Positions 51,601 to 64,000 of a DNA stretch of 64,000 bases are shown piece by piece. A program made the position numbers and the translations under genes. The notes beneath the pieces are model-generated. The model was not told the DNA's origin. It searched no databases and was given only the letters and a program-made list of their open reading frames with translations. This DNA is from Lingula anatina (taxonomy: Eukaryota > Animalia > Brachiopoda). Position 1 is the stretch's first letter. Each line of letters starts with the position of its first letter. The DNA is taken from contig CM120647.1 of the NCBI GenBank assembly GCA_051362555.1, positions 19,072,651 through 19,136,650 on the forward strand, given 5' to 3'.

Positions 51601-54600
51601 GGCTACACCAGGTATAGAAAGATATACAGTATGAATAAGAATATAAAGCCAAAGATATATTCTTTGAAGGCACTGTCACACCTGGCTTATAGAATGTGAC
51701 AAAGCCTTTAAAAAGTTGAAGAAAAATGTGATTTATCCAATGTATACAAAGTGTAACCTTATCATCATTTATGAGCCTCCCATCATAGGTGAACAGTCTA
51801 ATGTTCAAAAATTGTTAAAGGTTCTTGGTATTTACTAGTACATCACAAGTATTTCTTACACCTAATGATATACTCTTTCCATGTTGGCAGTTTTTGTAAA
51901 CATGTACAGGATTCTCACTGGAGCAACTTTTCCTGAAATGGGTCATACATATCCTCTGTTATCACAGTGTTACCACACTCTCAGGACAAGCCAAGTCTCA
52001 TAATTGCATTGGATTTAGTGAAAATTTTAAGTACCAGTAAGACTTGTGAGATTTTCTTTTCTTCTTTGCTTTAATATTAAAAAATGACCTTTATAACAAA
52101 TTTCAGTTCGTCAGGTCAAGCTGGCCTATGTTGATGTGGCCGCCAAACCCCCCAGGGAGGTCAGGAGGAGGCAGATGAAGTTTGGCACAGCGGGGCCCTC
52201 AAAGGGTCAGAATCACCTGGCCAAGCTGACCAGTCAGGGAGGAGTGCCAGAGAAACATGTAGTACCCACCCGTCACGTGAACACCTCCCCTGTACCCTTA
52301 GGGAGGCAACAGAAAGGTAGATGGCGCCATCTTGGGGGGAGGGGGGTGAACTTTCATGCCCACTGATAACGAGTTCTATTATTGGTGTGTTAGTCAAGAA
52401 ACATAGCATAAATCAAACACTTGACCAATCAGAGTAAAGGAAACATCTTCTGAATCAGTCAAAAAAAAAAAAAGGTCAAGAGTCTTAGGTTAATCTTGAC
52501 ACTTTTTTTTTAAGGCAAGTATTGTTTTTTTTTCCCTGTGTAAAGGCGAGTATGTCACTCAACACAATGCATGCTTACAGCTACTAATTTACCTTTGTGT
52601 CAGAAGTACCTTTGAAACAGGCACAGGTGCTGAACTATCCAATGCCCTGTTCCGTCTGGCATTTGGTGGCTATTCAAAACACTAGACCAGCATTCAGTAG
52701 GTCAGCATCTGTACCACATTTCATAGTCATATTTGGGAAGGTATATAGTTACACCATGCACATATTTGAGTGAATGGCAATAACTCTACAGACTACAATC
52801 TTTTCATTCATGTTAAATTTTTAATTTTAGAGATATTGTGTTTTCCAATCATAATTTCTTAAAAGTAGAGCATTCCTATTAAAGTCGTAATAACTCTTCA
52901 TTTTGGCCAAAAATTGGATTTTCCTGGAGTAAACGGCAATTTTCCCGTACTTACCAATGGTCAGCGACCCCATTCCTGCATTCAAAGTTAATCCAGGGTT
53001 TTTTTCCTAAACGTACGGTTTTTTGTTAAAATCTCTTAAGAGATTTTAACTGACGGAGCTCTCTCTGACATCGCATAGTCACTGTTGACCTACTTAAAAC
53101 CGCGGGAAAAGCAGACAACAACAACACTATATAAGATTCATGAGATATATTCGTCTTTTTGTTAAAAATACATTAATATCCACAATGTGTGCCGTTCTGG
53201 GCTTTTTGTTATCCGACGCACTGTACAAAAACTCGCAACTTACGTCTGCGTCCGCATTAATGCGTTTGGCGCCATATGTTATTTTGGTCTCGAATGAACG
53301 CGAGAATCCGCGTGACACCATTACGTCATTAGCAACGAATGCCTTGATGAAAGCTTCGAAAGCCCTATTGACAAGCACAGATTTTAGTTTTACTACAATA
53401 ACGGCCGTTTTAGTGGTAAAATACAATAGAATATATTTCCATGCGTTGTTTACAATGTATTTCATGCGGAATTTTGAATCTCAAAGGAAGAGTTATTATT
53501 GCTTTAAGTGGAAGCAACACAATTAAAACCAGGTTACTCTATACTTCTATTCTGTGCAGTAAAAACACCACAAATGCTGTATAGAAATATAATTTTTTGT
53601 GATTATGAAATTATTCATCTGAAATTTTTATAATTTTTGCCCATTAAAAGATTGAGTCATTACTGTAATTCTCATTTGTACGTGTGAAAAAAAAAAAGAA
53701 AAAATGTCAAATTTTTCCTACCATTCAGGTCATTCTGTTCATTTTTTTTTCCATCAAATATCACACAATGACAGGTCAAGATCAATTAATTGAATGTAGG
53801 TTTCAGACTTTGGATAAGCAAGGCAATGTTGAATTAACCACAGAATAGCAGGTGTAATTGGGTATTTAACAATTCTGTTTGTTCAGGCTTCTATCCCTGA
53901 AAAATTTTGTACACTTATTTACTTGAGCTGAGTTCTCCTTAATGTTAGATAATTTATTTAACAATTGCATATTCCTTGTTTTATGATAAAATTTGAATTA
54001 AGATGCCGATGCCTTCCAAGATTACATCAAACGTTGCAACATTTCTTTGGTCCATTTTATAATTGTTTGTGATTTGAACTGTGATATGTTTCCTTTGCTC
54101 TGATTGGCAAATTGTCCGATTTGTGATATGCAGGCTCTCTGACACTGTTTTAAAAGGCAAAAAACACTGCTTGCTGCAAAATGATGTTGATGTTGATGAT
54201 AAGTTGTAGAATTGTTAATTGCAGAAAATGCTAATTGAAAAAGCCCTCATTTTAGACAATGGTTAGTCAATATCACATATTTTACTTAATTTTTTGTTGA
54301 TTTTTTTAATAGTCCTAGTAAAGTGCTGTAAATAATGATCCATTGTTTCTAGATAATAAAGCACTGTAACAGTTGTGCAGTGTACAATCAAGTGTCTGCA
54401 TTACCGTATGCTACAACTGTATGGTGTTTGAGTAGATAATGTGTCACAATGCAGTGTAACAGTATATGTTATTGCAGTGTAGTTTTCCTTGTTTGCCGTT
54501 CATGATGGCACAGGATGGTCCTTTGTAATTAGTATTGATTTTTGTACACGAGTCTTCATAGTCTGCAGAAAGGTCAAATTGACACGAGTTTACCTGGTGT

Positions 54601-55178
54601 GTTTGGTTGATCTTGAAACAAGTTTTGTAATGTGGAATTTTGATATAATAAGATAGTAATAGGGTTTGTGTAACCACAGCATAATAGCACCTTGACTTAA
54701 GAAAAAAAAGTAATAATAGGACCTGGTGTCAGTGGTTATGAAAGATTCTTTTTTTGTTCAAAGAAGTCAGTGCAAAGGATATGAGTGCAGCTTTTGAACA
54801 ATTATTTGCTTGAGCCCAGTTCTGCAAAACAGCATATTTACCAAAAGCAGATTTAAATTCATTCTTGTTTTATTTGAAATTTGGATGCAGGTGTCTTCCA
54901 AGATAAATTAAAATTTTGCAACATTATTGTGGTCCATTATATAATTATTGTTCTGATATGATATCGGTATGTTTCCTTTACTCTGATTGGTCAGTCGTCT
55001 GATTTATGGTTTGTTTATTTTTTCTGTGAAAGGTCAAAATAATTAATTATGTCCATGATAAACAATAAGTTTAACAGACCTCAGATTCCAGGATGCCTGA
55101 TCGTATGTTATGCCAGTGTATATAATATGAGTTCTCAATGCTTACATTTTCTTTATGCATTTAATTATTTACTTTATT

Positions 55179-55217
<39 letters not shown>

Positions 55218-55300
55218 TTTTTCTTGTTCCAGTAGTTCGTCATGTTGCCCCAATGATGCAGAAAACACTCCGGTTTATGAAGAAGCTCTCCAAAAGGTAG
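46032..55300 (+). CDS. ELOA: Elongin A (transcription elongation factor B polypeptide 3), 11 coding exons, ~678 aa
   Basis: Exons 46032-46100, 46424-46605, 47197-48178, 48466-48571, 49235-49321, 49732-49785, 50371-50468, 50815-50916, 51533-51611, 52107-52316 and 55233-55300 are all phase-compatible. Motifs: TFIIS-N domain (LQSTGIGKTVNHLRKH), MSFEDFLNYD, TQVYSG, BC-box PTLYNACMKVL, GGVPYDIMKPVLERCSPTQL, ETWRELYL, KPPREVRRRQMKFGT, VAPMMQKTL. AATAAA at 55972. Confidence 0.96.
52883..53503. mobile_element. Kolobok-like non-autonomous element in the last ELOA intron
   Basis: TTAA|AGTCGTAATAACTCTTC ... GAAGAGTTATTATTGCT|TTAA. Confidence 0.7.
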
Positions 55301-57409
55301 CACTGCAGAAGCTTAAGCCCTCTGATGGTCTACGAATATGAAATTCTGCCAAGTTGACATGAGGAGAAATGATTAGGAACTTTTCTCCAGTCTTTGCATT
55401 TGGTGCACAAGACACAAGTTTTGGGGGAAGAAATTCAGACTGTGAGATAGAAGAGAGTTATCCAAGGTTCTTATGTGAAAAAAAAAAAAAAGGAAAGAAA
55501 AAGAAAAAAAGTGTGTTCTTGATACATTAGTGTTGTTCTGAACATCAAGATTTCAAACACTGTGAACATCTATGAAAGGCCTTATCTTGAACAACCTCAG
55601 TGATGCATATCTTTGGATCAGGTGGTGCAATCATCTGCTTTGCGTTTAATAGAAAACAATACGTACGTATTGAAGTTTAGGGAAATGTTGGGTACCTTTT
55701 CATGAAGGACGAAACATGGTTTCTTTTAGCAGCAAGGTATCTGTTTCAGATTCATTCTTGAATTTCTTGAAACCACGAAAGTTAATTTAGAAGGAGACAC
55801 ATTAAAGCCAGTTAGCAACAATATGTACTGGTATTTGTTGTACCAGTGATACGATAAAAACTGGTTTTGAATGTCCATTGCACATGGTTAAGAAAGCAGA
55901 GGTGTCCTGTGTTCCCACAATACATCACTTGTTGGTAGAGATCAAGGAACACTGAATAGGTAGTAAGTACCAATAAAAGGAATTTTGAAAAGTTTTTATG
56001 CTGTGAAAGGTGAAGAAAAAAAATTTGAAGATGTTAAAAATGGCAGCTGAAGTTGTGAATATTAGTTATGTGGTGGTGTAATTATATGTTAGAATTATAT
56101 GCCAAAATGTTTTGCGATGTTTTTTAATTATTATTATTACATGTAGGTATCTTGTACACTGTAGTAAAATGACCGAGAACTAAATGCGATGTTTTGAAAA
56201 CATGGATTTGGCGTCCATGCAACCCAGTTGCTGTTCTCCATCTAAAAATGCTTAATTTATTCCACAAATGAATCCTTAAAGGATGAAATACATTATCTCA
56301 ATTACATTTTAATTCATTCTGATGTACCGGATATTTGGGTCATGCTGTAAAGTATGATACAGGTACAATATTATTTATTGAACACAAAATCCAAATTTTT
56401 TTAAAGGCATATTATGTGAAAAATGAATAAGACGATTCGGCATGTATTTTACCCGAGAAATCCCTTTTGCTTACTCCAATCTAACGTAGACATATATTTC
56501 CAACATAGGAGGTGCGATGTTCCTCAGTTAGAGAGATGTATTTTATCTCCTCGGGGCAATTTTAAACTTAGTACAGTCATTATTGGTGGGTCATTAATTG
56601 GTAAAATGAGTATTATATATTACAATACAGTTGATATAGACACTTGTCAAAGCGCATGGTTTGGATTGTTTTAAAGTGCAATTAGGAGTATTTGTGACTG
56701 AAGTGCTTGTTAGGCCATTCGCTGACGTGAGGCGTTTCAGCTTCGGTTGGTTGGCTTATGAACAAGTTATCTTAAAAATTCTTCACAAATGCAGAAGTTG
56801 CCATTATTCAGGAGGAAAAGAAGTGATTAAAATTTCAACCAAAAATTCCCCCCCCCCCCCCAACCCGCTTACCTAATATTTTAAACGATTTTTATTGCCC
56901 TTGGAAGGATACTGTAGTCTTGGAATGTCTAGTTCAACATACGTTTAATATAGATACAAAACACTAATTTTACCTAAATTTTCTACATTGCCGTGGCGGA
57001 GGGTTACGCTGTTGACCTCTATCACATATCTGTGAACTGGGATTCTCTTTTAGTAAGACCAATTGTATTATGATAAATACAATTGGCAAAATGCTAATTA
57101 CTGTGCAATAACGCTATACCACAACGTTGAACCTATAGTGTTTATCATTGTTATTATTATTATTATTATTGGAAGGCCTTTCAACTCGAATAAAGCTGTT
57201 TTAAATCACTGTTTTGAAATGCTTCTTGTTTTGTTAGGTGTGTTTTCCTTTTCATCAGAAGTGATTTTTTTTTCGGAGGGTGGAGGTGCCCTTTGTGGTC
57301 ACGAAATCATCTTTCATCAGATAAAAAAAGCTCTGTTATCTGATATATTTTTAACCGTCTATATCATTTACAACTTATTCATGTATGAGCTAGAATTTGT
57401 ATGATGATA

Positions 57410-57414
<5 letters not shown>

Positions 57415-57456
<42 letters not shown>

Positions 57457-57466
57457 ACTAGTATCA

Positions 57467-57526
<60 letters not shown>
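57415..57526. repeat. (AT)n microsatellites; similar tracts at 25181-25246 and 63461-63521
   Basis: Directly visible. Confidence 0.95.
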
Positions 57527-57528
<2 letters not shown>

Positions 57529-57972
57529 ACTAGTATCAATGGTATCTCAAAGTGCTGAGACCATGTAACGTGGGCTTCACTTTAGTCGGCTCCCCGGTTT
57601 TAGCAGTCTAATCTGAGCCCCTATACGTAAGACTTTAATTTGTGAAACAGATCCCAGAAGTAAGGCAAAATGCTATTTCTAGGGCTTAAATCGATCTGAA
57701 CCGTAGGTTTGTACTTATTAATGATATTTTGAACCAGTAGACGGGCATTTCAGATCAGAACAACAATGGATTCCGAGAAACAAATTGGATCGACTTAGTC
57801 GCTGGCTAATCATTGCTCGGATTACTCTAGCGTAATTGGACGTACGTCCAAAGAAAATGCCTCTTATTTCATATATATGTATTTTTTATAAAACTGTGGA
57901 AGAACCAACATTATTATAATTATAATTATTATTATTATAACCATATATCAGTGTGCGCGAAGAGCGTCATGC

Positions 57973-58046
57973 TTTTTATGTACAGACACAGATGTGTCTG
58001 TACATATAGCCATCATCTGCGTCTGTCGTCGCCGTCGCCGTCGTCG

Positions 58047-58077
<31 letters not shown>

Positions 58078-60789
58078 GCACTTTTACCGATAACACGATA
58101 AGTGGAAAGCCATTTTGCCTTTTGATTTGAAACTTGCAGAACTGATGAATATTCATAATACGCAGGTCAAGTTCGAAAATCAGCATGATCGGGTCACTCT
58201 TAGGGAATTTATGCTGTTTTTTCACTTTTTTCAACATATATGCAGCACCGATAACACAATAAGTGGAAAACCATTTTACCCTTTGGCTTGAAACTTACAG
58301 AACTGATGAATATTCATAACATGCAGGTCAAGTTCGAAAATCGGCATGATTGGGCCATTTTTAGGGAATTTATGCTGTTTTTTCACTTTTTCAGCATATA
58401 TGCAGCACCGATAACACAGTAAGTGGAAAACCATTTTACCTTTTGGCTTGAAACTTACAGAACTGATGAAAATTCTTAATACGCAGGTCAAGTTCGAAAA
58501 TCAGCATGATTGGGCCATTTTTAGGGAATTTATGCTGTTTTTTCACTTTTTTCAGCATATATGCAGCACCGATAACACGATAAGTGGAAAACCATTTTAC
58601 CTTTTGGCTTGAAACTTACAGAACTGATGAATATTCATAATACGCAGGTCAAGTTCGAAAAACAGCATGATTGGGTCATTTTTAGGGAATTTATGCTGTT
58701 TTTTCACTTTTTTCAGCATATATGCAGCACCGATAACACGATAAGTGGAAAACCATTTTACCTTTTGGCTTGAAACTTACAGAACTGATGAATATTTATA
58801 ATACGCAGGTCAAGTTTGAAAATCAGCTTTATCGGGTCATTTTTATGGAAGTTATGCTATTTTTTAATTTTTTTAGCATAATGCAACACTGATACACGAT
58901 AAGTGAAAAACTGTTTTACCTTTTGGCTTGAAACTTACAGAACTGATGAATATTCATATTACATAGGCAAAGTTTGAAAATCAGCGTGATCGGACCAATT
59001 TTATGGAAGTTATGCTGTTTTTTTCACTTTTTTCAGCATGTATGCAATACCGCTAACGCATTTCAAGAAAAATCAATTGGCCAATTGTCTTGAAATTTAC
59101 AGGGGAGATCAGTCTTACTGAAATACAGATGGAGTTTGAAAATGGTTCAGTTTTGGTGAAGTTATGCCTTTTTTTGTATATAAGTGTTTTTTTTTTCCTT
59201 TGATTTAATTCTTAGGCATGTTAAGAATCTCCTCTGTGAACTAATTAAATATGTAAAGGTGTTCTTTTGACATTTTCTGCATCTTAACAATATTGTTAGT
59301 TGATTATATAAAAAAGATGGTTAACCTGTTATTGTGTATTATATAACAAAGTGTCAAAAATGGAAATAATAATAAACTCATATCTTTACAGTTTGTCAGA
59401 TTCAATCATTCACCATGTTCAGAATCTCAGAATGGAGCAAAATGGCAATTTAAAATTGTTCTATTGATATTTTTCCTATGACAGCAATTTTCTTAGTTGT
59501 TCATTTAAAAATGACAGTAAATTGATTATTTTGTTATATGAAAAAAAGATGTTGAAAATGGAAAGAAAATCAATTCAATACAGTTATCTTTTGTTTACAT
59601 TTTAGCATTTTGAAAGTGTGACTCTGAACTTCCATGGCCTTGAAGACATTTCCATGTCACATTTTCTGTAAATCCATGATACTTTTATTTTATTATTAAA
59701 AATTAATGGTCATTATATTATATTGCATAAAAGTTGAAGAAAACCCTAATTTTGGAAATGGCTGCCGGAATGACCATTAAGGAAAAACCATGTTACTTAT
59801 GATACTCAAACTTACTGAAAAGTTTCGTAAGACTGATGTGCAGTTTGTGTTGGAAAATCAGTGTGATTGTTTTCCGTTTTGGAAGCAATGTAGCTCTATA
59901 GAGTGCTATATGGGGCTACTGTGTATGGATGGTGGTAATTGCCCCTTGGGATAGTCACAAGCTAAATTCAGAGCTATAAAATCATTTGCCTAATTGATTT
60001 CCAAGTGCCCATTAAATAAGATTACATAAAACACACGCTGAGACTTCCCAGTAAAGTCCCATAGGTTAAGCTCTCTTAACTGTGTCACATAATTAGGAAT
60101 CTATGATAATTATGCAGGTAAATGTTGTTTAATATTGCAAATAAGTTAACAAAACAAAACAAAAAAATAGATGAATAACAGTGTCTTATTATCCTCAAAC
60201 ACATTGGGGTTATTCATATCATGTTATTACAGCAAGATTAAAAGTTTGAATAGTAGCTTTAATGGGATATTTTTGTGTTTTCTTTTTAATTTTTTTTTTC
60301 AAACACTGGCATTTTCAGCTCCCATCCACCTGAAGCTCTTCACATTTTCTGTATTTTCACATAAGCAGTTGCACTGGTTTTTATTTCTTTAAACATTATG
60401 TAATATTATTTTATGCACTGTCATCATTATTTAGATATTGGGATTTTCATTATGTGAATTTGGTCCTGAAACTGTAATCTTATTGCAGGGGTGGATTGAG
60501 GCCATCTTCTGGGTCTTTCAGATTTTAAAGTTCACATTGATGGGCATCTCTTTTTTCTGTTGGAAGACCATCAAAAATGTAGGATGGATCAACAAAGATA
60601 ATTTGGAATACTGTCAGAAAATATCTCTGGATCAGCTCCTGTTATTGACGATGTCACCTGTTGTGCATGATTAAATCTCAGCGTTGATTGACAGTGCTAT
60701 TGTAGGCATCAAAATTGACAAAATGAACCATTTTCTGCATTTTTATTTTGTGTTTTTGTCTGTACATTTGACAGCTTTGCTGCCTTGTT
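57973..60789 (+). mobile_element. Non-autonomous Helentron-associated (HINE/pearl-like) element
   Basis: T-run, 5' palindrome ATGTACAGACAC-A-GATGTGTCTGTACAT, (CGT/CGC)n microsatellite and tandem core. The 3' end has a sub-terminal repeat TGTCTGTACAT and a small hairpin GACAGCTTTGCTGCC before TTGTT. Confidence 0.7.
58087..59110 (+). repeat. ~161-bp tandem array (about 6 units) inside the element
   Basis: CCGATAACAC..AAGTGGAAA unit starts at ~58087, 58248, 58408, 58569, 58730 and 58890, diverging toward the 3' end. Confidence 0.92.
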
Positions 60790-61901
60790 CTCAGTTTTGA
60801 TGTCAACATATGGTATAAATGGTTTTATTACAGACAAATATCACCGAAATAGTGAAACGTTTTTGAAAAAATATGCATGTACACCAGGAATGTTAACTGT
60901 TTATCGTCAACAACTTTGGGTGATTTTCAAACGCTGATGTCCCTGTAAGAAACCGCATGGCAGGATTACATCTTCATACAATGAAATAAAACATCTGGAA
61001 ACAGAACTGCTCTTGAAAACTAATGGCAAAAAAACTTGTTCAATCACACCGGTTATTCTTGCTCAACTTGACGGAGTGGTTTCTATAAAAAATAGGTACC
61101 AATAATCACCAGGCAGCAAAACTGACATCTCAAATAGTATATTCTATCTGAGACTGAACTGCCGAAAACAAAATCTATGCAAGTCTCGTGAATCGTAACT
61201 CGTGCCATTCGACCCAAAAGCTACAGAAGAACGGCACAGAAGACAAGAAAACATGCCAATTAGGTTAACATTTACCACGGGTAATTGGAGAGCTGGCATG
61301 AATGTTCAATGTCAACGCCTAAATCTGGCGTGACTCGAGAGAAATTATCTAAACATTATTCCCACAAATTAGTTGTACTGTGGTTAGCAATGTCTTTGCG
61401 GTCTATTTTCTCATGTTCTGATCACTGGTTGTCACCTTGACCGATTTCATTTGCTAAACACTAGATAACCACTGTTTACGTGGTCGTCATATAACGCTAT
61501 GCGGAACATACTCGTGGTTGGGATTTTGTTGTTGCTTAAAAGGTTTTCATAAGGTCTCACGTGCGCGAGGGGTGGGTGTAGCACGTGGGTTTCAAAACGT
61601 TTAGACGTGCGATAACTTGAAAAATCTCTCAAAGGGTCACGAGGAAACCTGATGGCAAAAGCAATAACGTTGGGCTGTACCTGACCAGAGCGAATTAAGT
61701 GAGACTAAGTTAGCTGGACTGTTATTTTCCCGGTCTCAGAGCCCCGTTTCTGTGCTAGAACGTACCAATTAAGATGCCTTCAGAATAAAAAATATAATTA
61801 AAAAAGGCACTAAATCCAGTATGCTTCCCGCTAATATGAAAAACGTAAAAATATCCAGTATTGTAAACGTAGCATTAAATAATCTGTATGCCTGTATAGG
61901 C

Positions 61902-61953
<52 letters not shown>

Positions 61954-62876
61954 GGTTGCATGTTAAATGTTCCTGTCTGTCTTCCTGTATTACTTATGTC
62001 GTTGGTTTTTCCCCTTCTTGCTCTATTCTACGGTTCGTTTCGCCTCATGATATAACTACTACTAATTATGGGAATGCACACCACAAATGGAACCAAAACG
62101 TATATATTCATCAATTAAAGCGTAGCAAAATGATTGTTTGGGAAGTGCTACAAAGATGCTACATACAATATACCAAACTAGATGTATATCCAATTATTTG
62201 TGTGAAGTCAATTCTGTTTCTTGAAAGAAAAAAAGTATTTTATATTTCCAAATTCATTTCATTTTGACTATTACGAAACAGAAATCAAAATGGAAGTTAT
62301 TTATTTGCAAAATATGTTAACCCCTTAAATTAAAGAAAAATGCTCTGAAGTCGTGATTTTTTGTTACACAATCATCTTTAACTATTTCGACAGCTGAAAA
62401 AAAGATGGATGTTAAAATATATCCTATCCACGATTTTCCCACGAATCTGAATTTTCCACGAAAAATAAGCAGTTTATTTTTATTCTCACAAGTCATTGGC
62501 ACGGTTTATAGCATTCCTTATTGGCTTATTTAGTCCTAAATGACTGGCCATTACAGAAGAAAATATTGGAAATATTGACATCTGTTATCAAGAATTATAA
62601 CCATCATACAATATATCGTAAACCCAATACCTCGGATAGTGACTGATTTGATCGTTTTTAATGTCTAAATTGAGAAAGATAAGTAGATTAACAGGACACG
62701 TAGGCAAAAAATATGACTTTAGTACTTGGCAAATGCGGATAGTAGGTCTATACATTTCATTTATATAGAATTTTAAATTATATAACTGTGTTAACAAGGC
62801 CGTATGCTGCAGGTGGGGGGGGGGGGGTAAAGATTTTAAAGTGCAAGCCGCTTTCTTTCTCCATGTCAATCTGAAG

Positions 62877-62913
<37 letters not shown>

Positions 62914-63459
62914 TTATATATATATTTTTTTGCATTTGCATTTGCATACCAGTCAGCGTCCAAATGAGGAGTTCCATTCGAGGCCTTTAATAATTGCTCT
63001 CCTCGCCACCTCTCCAATTATTTTTCTCAGTCTACGGAATTGATTAAGTTAGACATAAATGAAGCAGCCTCAGCATCATTACGGGCTGCGAAAGTTTTGA
63101 AGTCTGCAGAGGTGAAAGCTCCGGTTTAAAGAATACACACCTGGACTTTACCCTCTCCGTTGTCGATTTCAGTAAGTGGAGTGGAAGGGTTCCAGGATGG
63201 TTGTTGAACAAATATGTGTAAAAATAAATAAATAAATAATAATAATAATAATAATGTTTATTGAGCACTAAAAGTGTACATGGCTTGACATCTGCTGGCT
63301 CACTTATCTATACGTAGAGTAGTATGCTGGTATATACGTGTATAAAATAAGTATAATAATAAATATCATTACATGACAAATAAATACCAATGAGCATGTC
63401 TTATATAATTGTTGCCTTACTTAATACAATGACAGAGTAAAAAAAAGAGCTTAAAAAAA

Positions 63460-63524
<65 letters not shown>

Positions 63525-64000
63525 TAACACAGAAAAGCAAACAACAAGTAACACAATAAGTATATATACCTGTATGAATGGAGAACTGACTCAAAAGAAT
63601 AACTACTATAGCTAGATGTAGTGAAGAGAGCAATTTACGTTGGAAGTAAATAAAAAATGATTGAATAACGAAAGAAAAAAAAGCTAAGTCAGCATGCCTT
63701 CACGTTTGTGCCACTCGCGTGTGACCCTGTCACGTGGATGTGCTACCGGCATCCTTGCTCGCCTAGCTGTTTACGGTTTCTGCGACAGTGCCTTTTCATT
63801 AAGAACAGAAAAAACGAATTAGGCCATTTTGCGTGATGCTTCCCAATTTTGATCAATGCATAATTCCTATAGTTTGTCGAAGTAACCGCAAAATTACTGC
63901 ACAATCTGAGACGTTCTTGCTGTAATTTGAGGGGATGTGTAAAGCGTAGAACGCAAGATTTGCGTATGTTCAACATGCATATAAATACTGAAACCACACT

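Noticed and set aside
53127-53526. Overlapping 112- and 128-aa ORFs in the ELOA intron
   Set aside because: They lie inside a TTAA-flanked non-autonomous element and show no recognisable motif.
62960-64000. Possible coding fragments near the window end
   Set aside because: In-frame stops, no consistent splice pattern and no recognisable domain.

Overview
AT-rich, intron-containing invertebrate genomic DNA; a lophotrochozoan, probably a mollusc, is inferred from the repeat types and the peptide family. The ORF track misses the main feature because it is split into small exons. Positions ~1-44,800 hold a tandem/inverted cluster of mytimycin-like (Diedel-motif) secreted peptide genes. Each copy has a putative TATA box and short non-coding exon, then three coding exons that splice in phase 0 and phase 2. 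The precursor is a 23-aa signal peptide, a 12-Cys cationic peptide (DCC..CxDCT..TPYCSYGKCNIFGC..C..C..DCG..GW..CxC), an N-G-K-R amidation/cleavage site and an acidic single-EF-hand tail. Three copies are intact (B +, C -, D -), one has a nonsense codon (A +), one is a promoter-only remnant, and there are three decayed exon-2 relics. The cluster contains many transposons, including an apparently intact 8.5-kb Mutator-like element with a spliced 472-aa FLYWCH-DDE transposase, a decayed Tc1, Harbinger/hAT/TTAA-type MITEs, a LINE fragment and a Helentron-like repeat. An 11-exon Elongin A gene (46,032-55,300, +) follows, then a Helentron-like element with a ~161-bp internal tandem array. All calls come from manual reading; no database searches were run.
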